Assembly: GCA_025351795.1 (NCBI GenBank)
Contig: JANXVG010000046.1
Coordinates: 23,052-87,051, forward strand
Reading direction: 5' to 3'
Origin: Salinibacterium sp.
GTDB taxonomy: Bacteria > Actinomycetota > Actinomycetes > Actinomycetales > Microbacteriaceae
Length of the DNA: 64,000 nucleotides
The notes beneath the pieces were generated by a model. It did not search any database and was not told where the DNA came from. It saw only the letters and a program-made list of their open reading frames with translations. The translations under genes were made by a program, and so were the position numbers. Below, piece by piece: positions 36,916-45,840 of this stretch (positions are counted from its first letter, which is position 1; each line of letters starts with the position of its first letter).

Positions 36916-38208
36916 GTGGCCTTGTCGGGGTGGTTTGTGCTTCTCGTCGCGCTCGGGGTTATTCCGATCGTGGTCACGAGCGCGCCGATCACTCTCGTAC
37001 TCTGGCTCGGCTTTGTCGTGCTCCTCGCCGCCGCCGATCTGCTGATAGCGGGCTCGCCGCGACAGGTACGGCTCTCTCGCGAGTTGCCGGAGCGCATCCG
37101 CCTCGGTGAAACGGCTCACTCCCGGCTGCTGCTCACTAACACGGGTTCGCGGGCCGTGCGTGGCCTCGTGCGTGACGGATGGCAGCCATCAGCGGGCGCA
37201 CACCCCACCCGGGTGCGCGTCGTGATCCCGGCGGGTGAGCGGCGTGCGATCGTGACAGCGCTCACCCCGTTCCGCCGCGGCGAGCGCAGGGCGGCGCACG
37301 TGACCATCCGCTCGTTCGGCCCGCTGCGCCTCGTCTCGCGCCAAGCCACAATCCGACTCGACGGTGCCGTGACGGTGCTGCCACCCTTCACCTCGCGCAT
37401 GCATTTGCCATCGCGACTCGCTCGCCTGCGCGAGCTCGACGGCGTGACTAGAGTGCTCGTGCGCGGCCCCGGCACCGAGTTCGACAGCCTGCGCGACTAC
37501 GTGCGCGGCGACGACGTGCGATCCATCGACTGGCGAGCGACGGCACGCCGCCGAGATGTCGTGGTGCGCACCTGGCGACCGGAGCGCGACCGGAGGGTCG
37601 TTATCGTCATCGACAGCGGGCGCACCTCGGCCGCGCGCATCGCGAACGAGCCACGCATCGACACTGCATTCGAATCTGCGCTGCTGCTCGCCGCCCTCGC
37701 AACCCGGGCGGGCGACCGCATCGACCTCGTGATCTTCGACCGTCGGGTGCGTGGCCGCGTGCAGGGGGCAACTGGCGCAGAGTTGCTCGCGCGCATGGTC
37801 ACCACCATGGCACCCGTCGAGCCGGAACTCATCGAGATGGACTGGGCGGCAGTGCCAGGCCTCGTGCGCTCGGTGACCTCCCATCACGCCCTCGTCGTGC
37901 TCGCCACCTCGATCGACGCGCCAGGTGCCTCGCATGGCCTCCTGTCGGTCCTGCCGCAATTGACCCGCAAACACACGGTGATCGTGTCATCGGTGACTGA
38001 TCCAGAAGTGCGTGCCGCTACCGTGAATCGCGCAACACGCTCGGAGATCTACCAGGCAGCGGCCGCCGAACGCGCCCTGCTTGACGTCACTCGGGTAGCT
38101 GCGGCGATCCGCCAGTTGGGGGCCGAAGTCGTGACCGGTACTCCGGCCGACCTGCCGCCGGCGCTTGCGGATGCCTACATAGCCCTCAAGGCGGCTGGCC
38201 GGTTGTGA
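36916..38208 (+). CDS. DUF58-domain protein (vWA-like, MoxR partner)
   Basis: Two N-terminal TM segments. The central GTEFDSLRDYVRGDDVRSIDWRATAR is the DUF58 hallmark. It starts 1 nt after the moxR stop. Confidence 0.85.
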   Translation: MALSGWFVLLVALGVIPIVVTSAPITLVLWLGFVVLLAAADLLIAGSPRQVRLSRELPERIRLGETAHSRLLLTNTGSRAVRGLVRDGWQPSAGAHPTRVRVVIPAGERRAIVTALTPFRRGERRAAHVTIRSFGPLRLVSRQATIRLDGAVTVLPPFTSRMHLPSRLARLRELDGVTRVLVRGPGTEFDSLRDYVRGDDVRSIDWRATARRRDVVVRTWRPERDRRVVIVIDSGRTSAARIANEPRIDTAFESALLLAALATRAGDRIDLVIFDRRVRGRVQGATGAELLARMVTTMAPVEPELIEMDWAAVPGLVRSVTSHHALVVLATSIDAPGASHGLLSVLPQLTRKHTVIVSSVTDPEVRAATVNRATRSEIYQAAAAERALLDVTRVAAAIRQLGAEVVTGTPADLPPALADAYIALKAAGRL

Positions 38209-38297
38209 GGCGGTTCGTTCCGTCGTGCGTGTGGTGAAGCGCCAACGATCGATAGCTGCACGACGTGTATCGGCCGGGGGCACGCGACAGAGAACGG

Positions 38298-38329
38298 CTC
38301 GAACTTCTCGAACTTCTCGAACTTCTCGA
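38298..38329. repeat. 9-bp tandem repeat x3.5 (ctcgaactt)
   Basis: Read directly, in the gap between the DUF58 gene and the catalase gene. Confidence 0.9.
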
Positions 38330-38418
38330 GACATGACTTGCTGGGTGTCCGTCACAGGCTTAGCACCGGATCAGGAATGGCCGGCACCCGAGGGCGCCGG
38401 CCATTCCCGTATTGCTCC

Positions 38419-39864
38419 TTAGCGGACGTTCGTGCGCAGGGCGGCACCGAGATTCGCGTCGACATTCGTCCAGTACTGGAAGAAGTTCTCACGGATCACA
38501 TCGACTGTGATCGCCGTGCCCTGGCCGATCAGCGTCGTGAGGAAGCGTGCCTTGGCCGCATCGTCGAAAACGTCCCGGTACAGCGTGCCCGCCTGCCCGA
38601 AGTCGTCATCGTCGGCATGCAAAGTGGCGGCGGTTCGCACGAGCGCACCGTCGTTCTCCCAACTACCCGCGCCAGCACGGGCAGCGTCCGCAACCGCACC
38701 GCCCATTGAGTTGGGAGCATAGTCGGGGGCCGAAGGGGCTGCGAAGCCGTGGCGGGCGGCGCCATCCTGGGTGTAGCTGTGCACGGGTGCCGCGTGCGGG
38801 GAGTTGACCGGAATCTCGTTGTAGTTCGTGCCGACGCGGTATCGCTGTGCGTCTGGGTAGGAGAAAATCCGCGCCATGAGCATCTTGTCTGGGCTGATGT
38901 CGATTCCGGGAACCGTGTTCGCGGGCGAAAACGCGGCCTGCTCGATCTGTGCGAAGAAGTTCTCCGGGTTGCGGTTCAGGGTATGGGTTCCCACCTTAAT
39001 GAGCGGGTAGTCCGCGTGCGGCCAGACCTTGGTGATGTCGAAGGGGTTGAAGCGGTATGACTTCGCGTCCTCGTACTCCATCACCTGCACGTAAACGTCC
39101 CACGACGGAAAATTACCTGCGTCGATCGCCTCGTACAGGTCGCGTCGGTAGTGGTCGGCATCCCGGCCCGCGATCAACTCGGCCTCATCGGCCTCAATCT
39201 CGACGTTGCCCTGGGTGGACTCGAAGTGGTACTTGACCCAGTAGCGCTCGCCTGCTGCGTTGATCCACTGGTAGGTGTGCGAGCTGAAGCCGGGCATTTC
39301 GCGCCAACTGCGCGGGATGCCCCGGTCTCCCATGAGATAGGTGACCTGATGAGCTGACTCGGGCGAGAGCGTCCAGAAGTCCCACTGCATGTCGGCATCA
39401 CGCAGGCCGGAGCCCGGCAGGCGCTTCTGCGAGTGGATGAAGTCGGGAAACTTGATTCCGTCGCGGATGAAGAAGACTGGGGTGTTGTTACCCACGATGT
39501 CGTAGTTGCCTTCGGTCGTGTAGAACTTCACCGAGAAGCCGCGCACGTCGCGCCAAGTATCGGGCGACCCCTGTTCACCGGCGACGCTCGAGAAGCGCTG
39601 CAGCGTCTCGGTCTTCGCTCCGGGCTGGAACACGGCGGCCCTGGTGTACTTCGAGACATCACCGGTGACGACGAACTCCCCGAATGCACCGCCCCCTTTG
39701 GCGTGCACGATGCGCTCGGGGATGCGCTCGCGATTGAACTGCGCGAGCTTCTCGACAAGGTACCGGTCGTGCAGCGCGGTTACGCCGTCTGGCCCGACGG
39801 TGAGCGAGAACTCATCGCTTGCGACAGGCGTACCGGTCTGGCTGGTGGTGTAGTTGTCTGGCAT
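38419..39864 (-). CDS. katA: Monofunctional haem catalase (small-subunit, clade-3-like)
   Basis: 481 aa. [20 protein letters not shown] (distal His), [17 protein letters not shown], and the proximal Tyr context [12 protein letters not shown]. Confidence 0.95.
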   Translation of the reverse strand: MPDNYTTSQTGTPVASDEFSLTVGPDGVTALHDRYLVEKLAQFNRERIPERIVHAKGGGAFGEFVVTGDVSKYTRAAVFQPGAKTETLQRFSSVAGEQGSPDTWRDVRGFSVKFYTTEGNYDIVGNNTPVFFIRDGIKFPDFIHSQKRLPGSGLRDADMQWDFWTLSPESAHQVTYLMGDRGIPRSWREMPGFSSHTYQWINAAGERYWVKYHFESTQGNVEIEADEAELIAGRDADHYRRDLYEAIDAGNFPSWDVYVQVMEYEDAKSYRFNPFDITKVWPHADYPLIKVGTHTLNRNPENFFAQIEQAAFSPANTVPGIDISPDKMLMARIFSYPDAQRYRVGTNYNEIPVNSPHAAPVHSYTQDGAARHGFAAPSAPDYAPNSMGGAVADAARAGAGSWENDGALVRTAATLHADDDDFGQAGTLYRDVFDDAAKARFLTTLIGQGTAITVDVIRENFFQYWTNVDANLGAALRTNVR

Positions 39865-39886
39865 ATCTTCTCCTAATTGCTGACGG

Positions 39887-40336
39887 TTATGGTCGTAAAA
39901 TGGGAGTGCACGCGAGCGACGCCGCTAAGCGGCACCGCTCACACACGCCCCAGAAAGTTACTTCTGCTACAGAAATCTCATAGCCAGCCGAATCACCGGG
40001 GCGCAGACACGGCGCGTGGCCCACGACGCACTCCACATCGGCGATCGAGCTGCACGACGTGCAGACGATGTGGTGGTGGTTGTCGTTCGCGCGACGCTCA
40101 TACCGTGCCGCGGAGCCCGCGGGTGTGATGCGACGGATGATTCCCGCCGCCGTAAGATCGCCAAGCACATTGTGCACTGATTGAATCGACGTGCCAACGG
40201 CGCTAGAAACGAGCGCTTCGTGGATAGTCGCCGCGTCGCTGTGTGGCAACCGCTCGAGTTCGGCAAGCACGGTTATGCGGCCGGCGGTGACGCGCAATCC
40301 CGCGCGGCGCAATTCCTCTTCTACGGCAATCGACAC
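39887..40336 (-). CDS. Fur-family (PerR/CatR/FurA-like) transcriptional regulator
   Basis: 149 aa with a GTG start. It has a DNA-binding wHTH, an HHHIVC motif, and CxxC...C pairs (CTSC ... CERC). It ends 22 nt upstream of the catalase, suggesting an operon. Confidence 0.88.
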   Translation of the reverse strand: MSIAVEEELRRAGLRVTAGRITVLAELERLPHSDAATIHEALVSSAVGTSIQSVHNVLGDLTAAGIIRRITPAGSAARYERRANDNHHHIVCTSCSSIADVECVVGHAPCLRPGDSAGYEISVAEVTFWGVCERCRLAASLACTPILRP

Positions 40337-40358
40337 AAATTCAGCGTAGCCCTTATCG

Positions 40359-40369
40359 TGAATGATTCA
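40359..40369. promoter_or_regulatory. Palindrome TGAAT-G-ATTCA upstream of the fur-family gene (candidate auto-operator)
   Basis: Perfect 5-1-5 palindrome in an AT-rich stretch, 23 nt upstream of the GTG at 40336. Confidence 0.3.
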
Positions 40370-40565
40370 AAATAGTGCAGAGGGTCCGCTGGTGGCGATG
40401 AGCGCGAACGACATGGTGTCAGTGCCAGACACGTTGTGAACATGTTCAAGTGGAGTTGTGGTTCCGGTTCCGCTTGGGTTCTCAAGTTCGTCGAAAACCG
40501 CCGGCTTCGCTCGCCATCAACACAGTCGCGACGTAAGTACTGAGACGTTTGCGTTCGCCACATCA

Positions 40566-41942
40566 TCATCGTGGTGATGCCGTGAGTGTGGTTTCGGGTC
40601 GGGTTGTGTATGTCCGTGCGGCTGGCGAAGTCCATTCGAGCACACCACCACGGAGTTGCTCCACAGCCCAGGCGGTCGCGTGCTTGAGGTGGTGGTGCGC
40701 GGGACACAGATGCGCCAAATTATCGTGTTCGGTGGCACCGTAATGTTGCCAGTCGTTGGTGTGGTCAATATCGCAACGGTAGGCGGCCCGACTGCAGCCG
40801 GGGAATCGGCAGGTTCCGTCGCGAATCTGTAGCCAAACGCGTAAATCGGCTGGAACCGCATACCGGTTCCTGCCGACCGAGAGCACCACTCCAGTCTCGG
40901 GATGGGTGAGGAGTCGGATAAAGCTGGTCGCCGTTCCTGCCAGTTCCTTCGCGGTTTCGAGGTCGATTGGTCCGTACCCGTCGAGGGTGGCTGGTTCCTC
41001 GGAACGCGAAAGCAGAGACAGTACCGGAACGGTGACCTGCACCCGCGCACGAATGCCGCCGAGGCGTGAGCCGACGGACGGGTTGCCGTTCACGAGAGTG
41101 CCATTCACGAGAAGTTCGGCCATCATGTCAGCACGCAACTGGCCGAGAGTACGCGTCTCGTCTGGCCCTTGTTGGGCAATTGCCAGGTCGGTGATCCGGT
41201 TATAGATTCCGTATGCGGTGACTGCCGGAAGCAGTGCCGTCAGCCAGGCCATTCCGTCGGCTGCAGGTTGTAGTTGAACGTAGCGGTCACCAGCAGCCGT
41301 GATGTGACGGTCATCGATCGACTCGGGATGCGTGTGCTCACGGATCATCCGTGCCTTCTTATCGAGCTTGGCAACCGTCAGCTCGTGTGCGAATGGCAGC
41401 ACCGCTGCCTCGAAGGCGCCGGATGCAGGTGCTGGCAACTGTGCGGCATCATCGGTTATGACGCGTGCATGTCTGCGGCTGATCGCACCACTGCACAGTG
41501 CTGCAAATGTCGCCGGCAACTGGTGGAGAAGCGCTTCGCTTTCATCGACGAGTGCCGCTGCCGTGCGCTCAGGAATGCGCAGCGCGACAGCCAGTTCGGT
41601 GGTCAGCTCACGCCGGGCTCGTACTGTTGGACTCCACCCCGCATCCCTCGAACCTGCCGCCGTCGAGTGGGTGACCTCACTCCACACTCGGGCCTGATCA
41701 ATCAACTCCGCCTTCGCCGCGGACAGCGATGCCTCCATCCGATCGATCGCGACGATGTTCTCGATCAGCGACCCGAACGTATCTGCCATCACCGCATACA
41801 GCTGCGGCTCAGCTGCTTTCTCGATGACCTCCATGAACACAGTTTCTACCAGACCACCGACATTCAGCAGGAACACTAGAACTTGTGTTGCCCCACGGTT
41901 CCGCGAACTGAATGTGGCAGTCGCGGTCTCCGATGATGTCAC
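40566..41942 (-). CDS. DUF222 + HNH endonuclease domain protein (REP13E12-like)
   Basis: The C-terminus reads CRFPGCSRAAYRCDIDHTNDWQHYGATEHDNLAHLCPAHHHLKH (HNH). The long helical N-terminal region is as in DUF222. An internal start MEVIEKAAEP... is possible. Confidence 0.85.
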   Translation of the reverse strand: MTSSETATATFSSRNRGATQVLVFLLNVGGLVETVFMEVIEKAAEPQLYAVMADTFGSLIENIVAIDRMEASLSAAKAELIDQARVWSEVTHSTAAGSRDAGWSPTVRARRELTTELAVALRIPERTAAALVDESEALLHQLPATFAALCSGAISRRHARVITDDAAQLPAPASGAFEAAVLPFAHELTVAKLDKKARMIREHTHPESIDDRHITAAGDRYVQLQPAADGMAWLTALLPAVTAYGIYNRITDLAIAQQGPDETRTLGQLRADMMAELLVNGTLVNGNPSVGSRLGGIRARVQVTVPVLSLLSRSEEPATLDGYGPIDLETAKELAGTATSFIRLLTHPETGVVLSVGRNRYAVPADLRVWLQIRDGTCRFPGCSRAAYRCDIDHTNDWQHYGATEHDNLAHLCPAHHHLKHATAWAVEQLRGGVLEWTSPAARTYTTRPETTLTASPR

Positions 41943-42033
41943 TCTGCAGTGTCACCGGTTTATGCCGTGCACTTTCTTGGGGAGGATCCGGTTATGCCTA
42001 ACAAATGTCTCTCGAAGTTCGCGGCGGAGCGCC

Positions 42034-42141
42034 CCGGAGAGCGAGGGAATGGCGAAGCGCGACCACATCGCGACGCGCGAGCGCATGCCGGAGAGCGACG
42101 GCATGGCGAAGCGCCGCCGCATCGCAGAGAACCGCCGCAGC
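42034..42141. repeat. Imperfect 54-bp direct repeat x2
   Basis: ccggagagcgagggaatggcgaagcgcgaccacatcgcga... followed by ccggagagcgacggcatggcgaagcgccgccgcatcgcag... It lies in the gap between the HNH gene and the SpoIIM-like gene. Confidence 0.7.
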
Positions 42142-42252
42142 ACGGTGCGCGGTCATCCGGGAGTCGATCGAGCAGCCACTCCGCCGACCACCTGCGGACG
42201 CCCGCAGTCAGCAGTTCACGCCACGCCATTCACAAGCTGGCTGCGCAGCTCG

Positions 42253-43269
42253 CTATGCCGCAATGATTTGGCGGGCGCCGGCCTCGAATTCGTCAAGATC
42301 ACCCGTCTGTCCCGCAGCATACGCGCGCCGACCAATCACCCACTGGTACACCAAGACGGTTGCAAGGGCCACGGTGCCGATGCCGATCTTGATCGCCCAT
42401 GGCCAGTCGAGTCGAGTGATGAAGCCCTCGATGAGTCCGCACATGAGCATCGTGATGACGAGGCCCATGGCCACCGTGACGAGTGCCCGACCTTCGTGAG
42501 CTATCGATGTGAGGCGCGTCATCGGCCCGGGCGACACCCAACCCCAGAAGATTCGCAAGCCAGCCGCCCCCGCCAGAAACACGTTATAAAGCTCGAGCTG
42601 CCCGTGGGGAGCGATGTAGAGAAAGAAGGTGTCGAGGTGCCCGAATTGATACATGAGACCGGCGGACTCCCCCAGCGACTGGGCATTCTGCAGCAGAATG
42701 GCAATCGGGTACACCCCCGTAACGCCAAACATCACCGCCTGGACGCACAACCACGCGTTGTTGGTCCACACCAGACCCGTGAACGCCCCGCCGGGGTTAT
42801 CGGAGTAGTAGTTCACGAAGTCTTCATTCGCATACTTCGCGAGGTCGGCATCCGACAGCCCAAAGGTGCGGATGACCTGCGGGTTAGCAATCATCCACCA
42901 TGCGTAGAGGAACGCGATGAGAAAAGTGCTCGCCGCGACCGCAAGCGTCAGCCAGCGAATCCGGTACAAGGCAGCCGGTAGCTGGCCCACAAAAAACAGC
43001 GGGATACGGCTGAGCACATTCGCCGAAGCACCCGTGAACCGCAAGCGGGCACGACTGAGCCGCAGCGACAGTGCGTCGCCCTGCACGGACTGCCCGGCCG
43101 TGGTCTTAATCGCCGACAATTGACTCGAGCCAGACTGGTAGCGTTCGATCAATTCGTCGGCTTCTGCGCCCGTGTATGACCGCTTCGCGCCTAACTGGGC
43201 AAGACGATCCCAGTCTTCGCGGTGGGCGGCGGAGTAGGCGTCAAGATCCATCTGCTTAAATATAGGCAT
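42253..43269 (-). CDS. SpoIIM-like (DUF95) polytopic membrane protein
   Basis: 338 aa. The N-terminal soluble helix region (DLDAYSAAHREDWDRLAQL) is followed by 6 TM segments. The ATG at 43269 is preceded by GGAGGGG. Confidence 0.75.
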   Translation of the reverse strand: MPIFKQMDLDAYSAAHREDWDRLAQLGAKRSYTGAEADELIERYQSGSSQLSAIKTTAGQSVQGDALSLRLSRARLRFTGASANVLSRIPLFFVGQLPAALYRIRWLTLAVAASTFLIAFLYAWWMIANPQVIRTFGLSDADLAKYANEDFVNYYSDNPGGAFTGLVWTNNAWLCVQAVMFGVTGVYPIAILLQNAQSLGESAGLMYQFGHLDTFFLYIAPHGQLELYNVFLAGAAGLRIFWGWVSPGPMTRLTSIAHEGRALVTVAMGLVITMLMCGLIEGFITRLDWPWAIKIGIGTVALATVLVYQWVIGRRAYAAGQTGDLDEFEAGARQIIAA

Positions 43270-44122
43270 GGCGCGCCCCTCCGCGATCGACTCGGTGAGT
43301 TACCAGGACTATGACGACGAGCTGATGACCGGTGAAGCGGTGGCACTCGACTTGCGTTCGGCAAGCTTTGTGCTGCGCGCCGCTGGCGCAATGATCGACT
43401 TCGTCGTCTACTTCGGGGCGCTTATCGGCGGCTTTCTCCTACTGTCTTGGGCGGCCGAGGCCGCACACATAGACGATGCGACCGGCCGGGCGATCTCGGT
43501 TGTGCTACTCGTCGTCTGCCTCGTCGGCATCCCCACGACCGTCGAGACGCTCTCACAGGGCAAGTCTCTCGGCAAGCTTGCCGTGGGTGCTCGCATCGTG
43601 CGCGACGACGGTGGGTCAATCGGATTCCGGCACGCCATCATCCGCGCGTTCCTCGGGGTAATCGAGATCTTCTTTACCCTTGGCGGACTCGCGGCCCTCG
43701 TCGCCCTGCTCAACAGCAGGTCACAGCGCCTTGGTGACATGCTCGCGGGAACCTACAGTCAGAACGAACGCGTAAGCACGCGCGTTCCGCCGATGTACGG
43801 TGTGCCGATTGTGCTCGAGCCATGGTCGCGAACGGCAGACGTCGCGCGGATGCCGGATGCCCTCGCCAGGCGCATCACCAACTTTCTCCGCCAGTCGTCG
43901 GCCCTCACCCCACCGACCAGAGACCGGCTGTCGCGCGAGCTCGCCACCGAAGCCTCGGTCTACGTCGCACCCATCCCGCCAGTGCCCGCCGAACTGTTTC
44001 TGGCCGGAGTCGTGGCGATGCGCCGGGAGCGAGAGGGCGCAGCCCTCGAGTTGCAGAAGCGCAGTCTGGAGCGGCTCGCGCCCGTACTCGGTGGGCTTCC
44101 GCACGGATTCCCGGAACGGTGA
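43268..44122 (+). CDS. RDD-family membrane protein
   Basis: TGEAVALDLRSASFVLRAAGAMIDFVVY... and ...RIVRDDGG (RDD motif). An alternative start is ATG 43325. Confidence 0.8.
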   Translation: MARPSAIDSVSYQDYDDELMTGEAVALDLRSASFVLRAAGAMIDFVVYFGALIGGFLLLSWAAEAAHIDDATGRAISVVLLVVCLVGIPTTVETLSQGKSLGKLAVGARIVRDDGGSIGFRHAIIRAFLGVIEIFFTLGGLAALVALLNSRSQRLGDMLAGTYSQNERVSTRVPPMYGVPIVLEPWSRTADVARMPDALARRITNFLRQSSALTPPTRDRLSRELATEASVYVAPIPPVPAELFLAGVVAMRREREGAALELQKRSLERLAPVLGGLPHGFPER

Positions 44123-44125
44123 CCG

Positions 44126-45601
44126 CTAGTAGCGGTAGTGATCGACTTTGTATGGGCCATCCGGGTCGACCCCAATGTACGCCGCTTGCTCGGGTGTGAG
44201 TCGAGTGAGCACGACACCCAGCGCGTCGAGGTGCAGTCGCGCGACCTTCTCATCGAGGTGCTTGGGCAGTACGTACACCTGCTTCTCGTACTTGTCGCCG
44301 TACACCCACAGCTCGATTTGCGCGAGCACCTGGTTCGAGAACGAGTTGCTCATGACGAAAGATGGATGACCCGTCGCGTTGCCGAGGTTCATCAGGCGCC
44401 CCTCGGAGAGGACGAGCACCGAGCGGCCGCTCGGCATCCGCCATTCGTGCACTTGCGGCTTGATCTCGACCTTGACGGTGCCGGAGAGCGTCTCGAGGCC
44501 GTGCATATCGATCTCATTGTCGAAGTGGCCGACGTTTGCGACGATCGCCTGGTGTTTCATGCCCTTCAGGTGATCGAGGGTGATGACGTTTTTGTTTCCG
44601 GTGGTCGTGACGAAGATGTCTGCCTCGCCGAGGGCACGCTCGATGGTGGTGACCTGATAGCCGTCCATCGCGGCCTGCAGCGCGTTGATCGGGTCGATCT
44701 CAGAGACGATCACCCTGGCTCCCTGACCACGCAGCGACTCAGCGGCACCCTTACCCACGTCGCCATACCCGGCAACAAAGGCAACTTTGCCGCCGATGAG
44801 CACGTCGGTTGCACGGTTGAGGCCGTCGAGCAGCGAGTGACGGATGCCGTACTTGTTGTCAAACTTCGACTTCGTGACAGAGTCGTTGACATTGATTGCC
44901 GAGAACAACAGATCGCCGGTCTTTGCCAGCTCGTAGAGCCGATGCACGCCCGTGGTCGTCTCCTCGGTTACGCCCTGGATGTCGGCAGCGATGCGCGTCC
45001 ACCGGTCAGGAGTCTCGGCGAGCGATTGCCGCAAGAGCGCGAGCACCGAGCGCCACTCCGTCGAATCGTCGGCCGCGTCATCCGGAACTACGCCCGCCAG
45101 TTCGTACTCGCGACCCTTGTGCACGAGAAGGGTGGCGTCACCGCCATCGTCGAGGATCATGTTTGGGCCAGCCCAGTCTTCGCCAGCGGCAAGAGACTCT
45201 GAGCTCCAATCGAAGATACGGTCGGTGCACCACCAGTACTCATCGAGAGTTTCACCCTTCCACGCGAAGACGGGCACTCCGGTCGGCTCATCGACGGTGC
45301 CGTTCGGGCCAACAGCAACGGCGGCCGCCGCGTCGTCTTGCGTGGAGAAGATATTGCAACTCGCCCATCGCACCTGTGCGCCGATCGCAACCAGAGTCTC
45401 AATCAGCACGGCTGTCTGCACCGTCATGTGCAGGGAACCCGCAATTCGCGCTCCGGTCAACGGCTTGGACTCGCCGAACTCTGCGCGCAGGGCCATGAGG
45501 CCCGGCATCTCATGTTCGGCCAGGCGAATCTGGTGACGGCCGGCTTCGGCAAGCGACAGGTTCGCAACTTTGAACGGGAGCTGGGCAGTGAGCGTAGTCA
45601 T
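44126..45601 (-). CDS. ahcY: Adenosylhomocysteinase
   Basis: The start is set at [39 protein letters not shown] (ATG 45601). Also present: the NAD-binding GYGDVGKG motif, and the C-terminal KLTxxQAxYIGV...GPYKxDHYRY. The 54 upstream codons in the track ORF are not protein-like. Confidence 0.96.
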   Translation of the reverse strand: MTTLTAQLPFKVANLSLAEAGRHQIRLAEHEMPGLMALRAEFGESKPLTGARIAGSLHMTVQTAVLIETLVAIGAQVRWASCNIFSTQDDAAAAVAVGPNGTVDEPTGVPVFAWKGETLDEYWWCTDRIFDWSSESLAAGEDWAGPNMILDDGGDATLLVHKGREYELAGVVPDDAADDSTEWRSVLALLRQSLAETPDRWTRIAADIQGVTEETTTGVHRLYELAKTGDLLFSAINVNDSVTKSKFDNKYGIRHSLLDGLNRATDVLIGGKVAFVAGYGDVGKGAAESLRGQGARVIVSEIDPINALQAAMDGYQVTTIERALGEADIFVTTTGNKNVITLDHLKGMKHQAIVANVGHFDNEIDMHGLETLSGTVKVEIKPQVHEWRMPSGRSVLVLSEGRLMNLGNATGHPSFVMSNSFSNQVLAQIELWVYGDKYEKQVYVLPKHLDEKVARLHLDALGVVLTRLTPEQAAYIGVDPDGPYKVDHYRY

Positions 45602-45814
45602 GTTCCCATTGTGACACCAGCAGGCCCACTCGTCAGCACGCCCACTCGTCACGCGCCATCCATGCAGCGGCCGCTCGGGCGGGCAAGCTGGCGCGGCACG
45701 GCATGGCGAGTTTGGGCGGCACGGCACGGCAGTGGCCGTTACGGGCGCCAGGGCCGCGGGCACGGCAAGCTACGGCGGGGGGCGGGGGGCGTGCACGCGC
45801 AGTGGGTAGGAGGG

Positions 45815-45840
45815 CTGCCCGCGCAGTGGGCAGCGGGCAG
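45815..45840 (-). terminator. GC hairpin directly after the manB stop (weak terminator candidate)
   Basis: ctgcccgc-N10-gcgggcag, an 8-bp stem with no U-tract. Confidence 0.3.

Noticed and set aside
41755-42981. 408-aa plus-strand ORF spanning the HNH gene 5' end, the intergenic repeat region and the antisense of the SpoIIM-like gene
   Set aside because: It crosses two independently supported minus-strand genes, its composition is Arg/Pro/His-rich, and it has no domain signature. The tempting repeated peptide (ESEGMAKR.../ESDGMAKR...) merely reflects the 54-bp DNA duplication.
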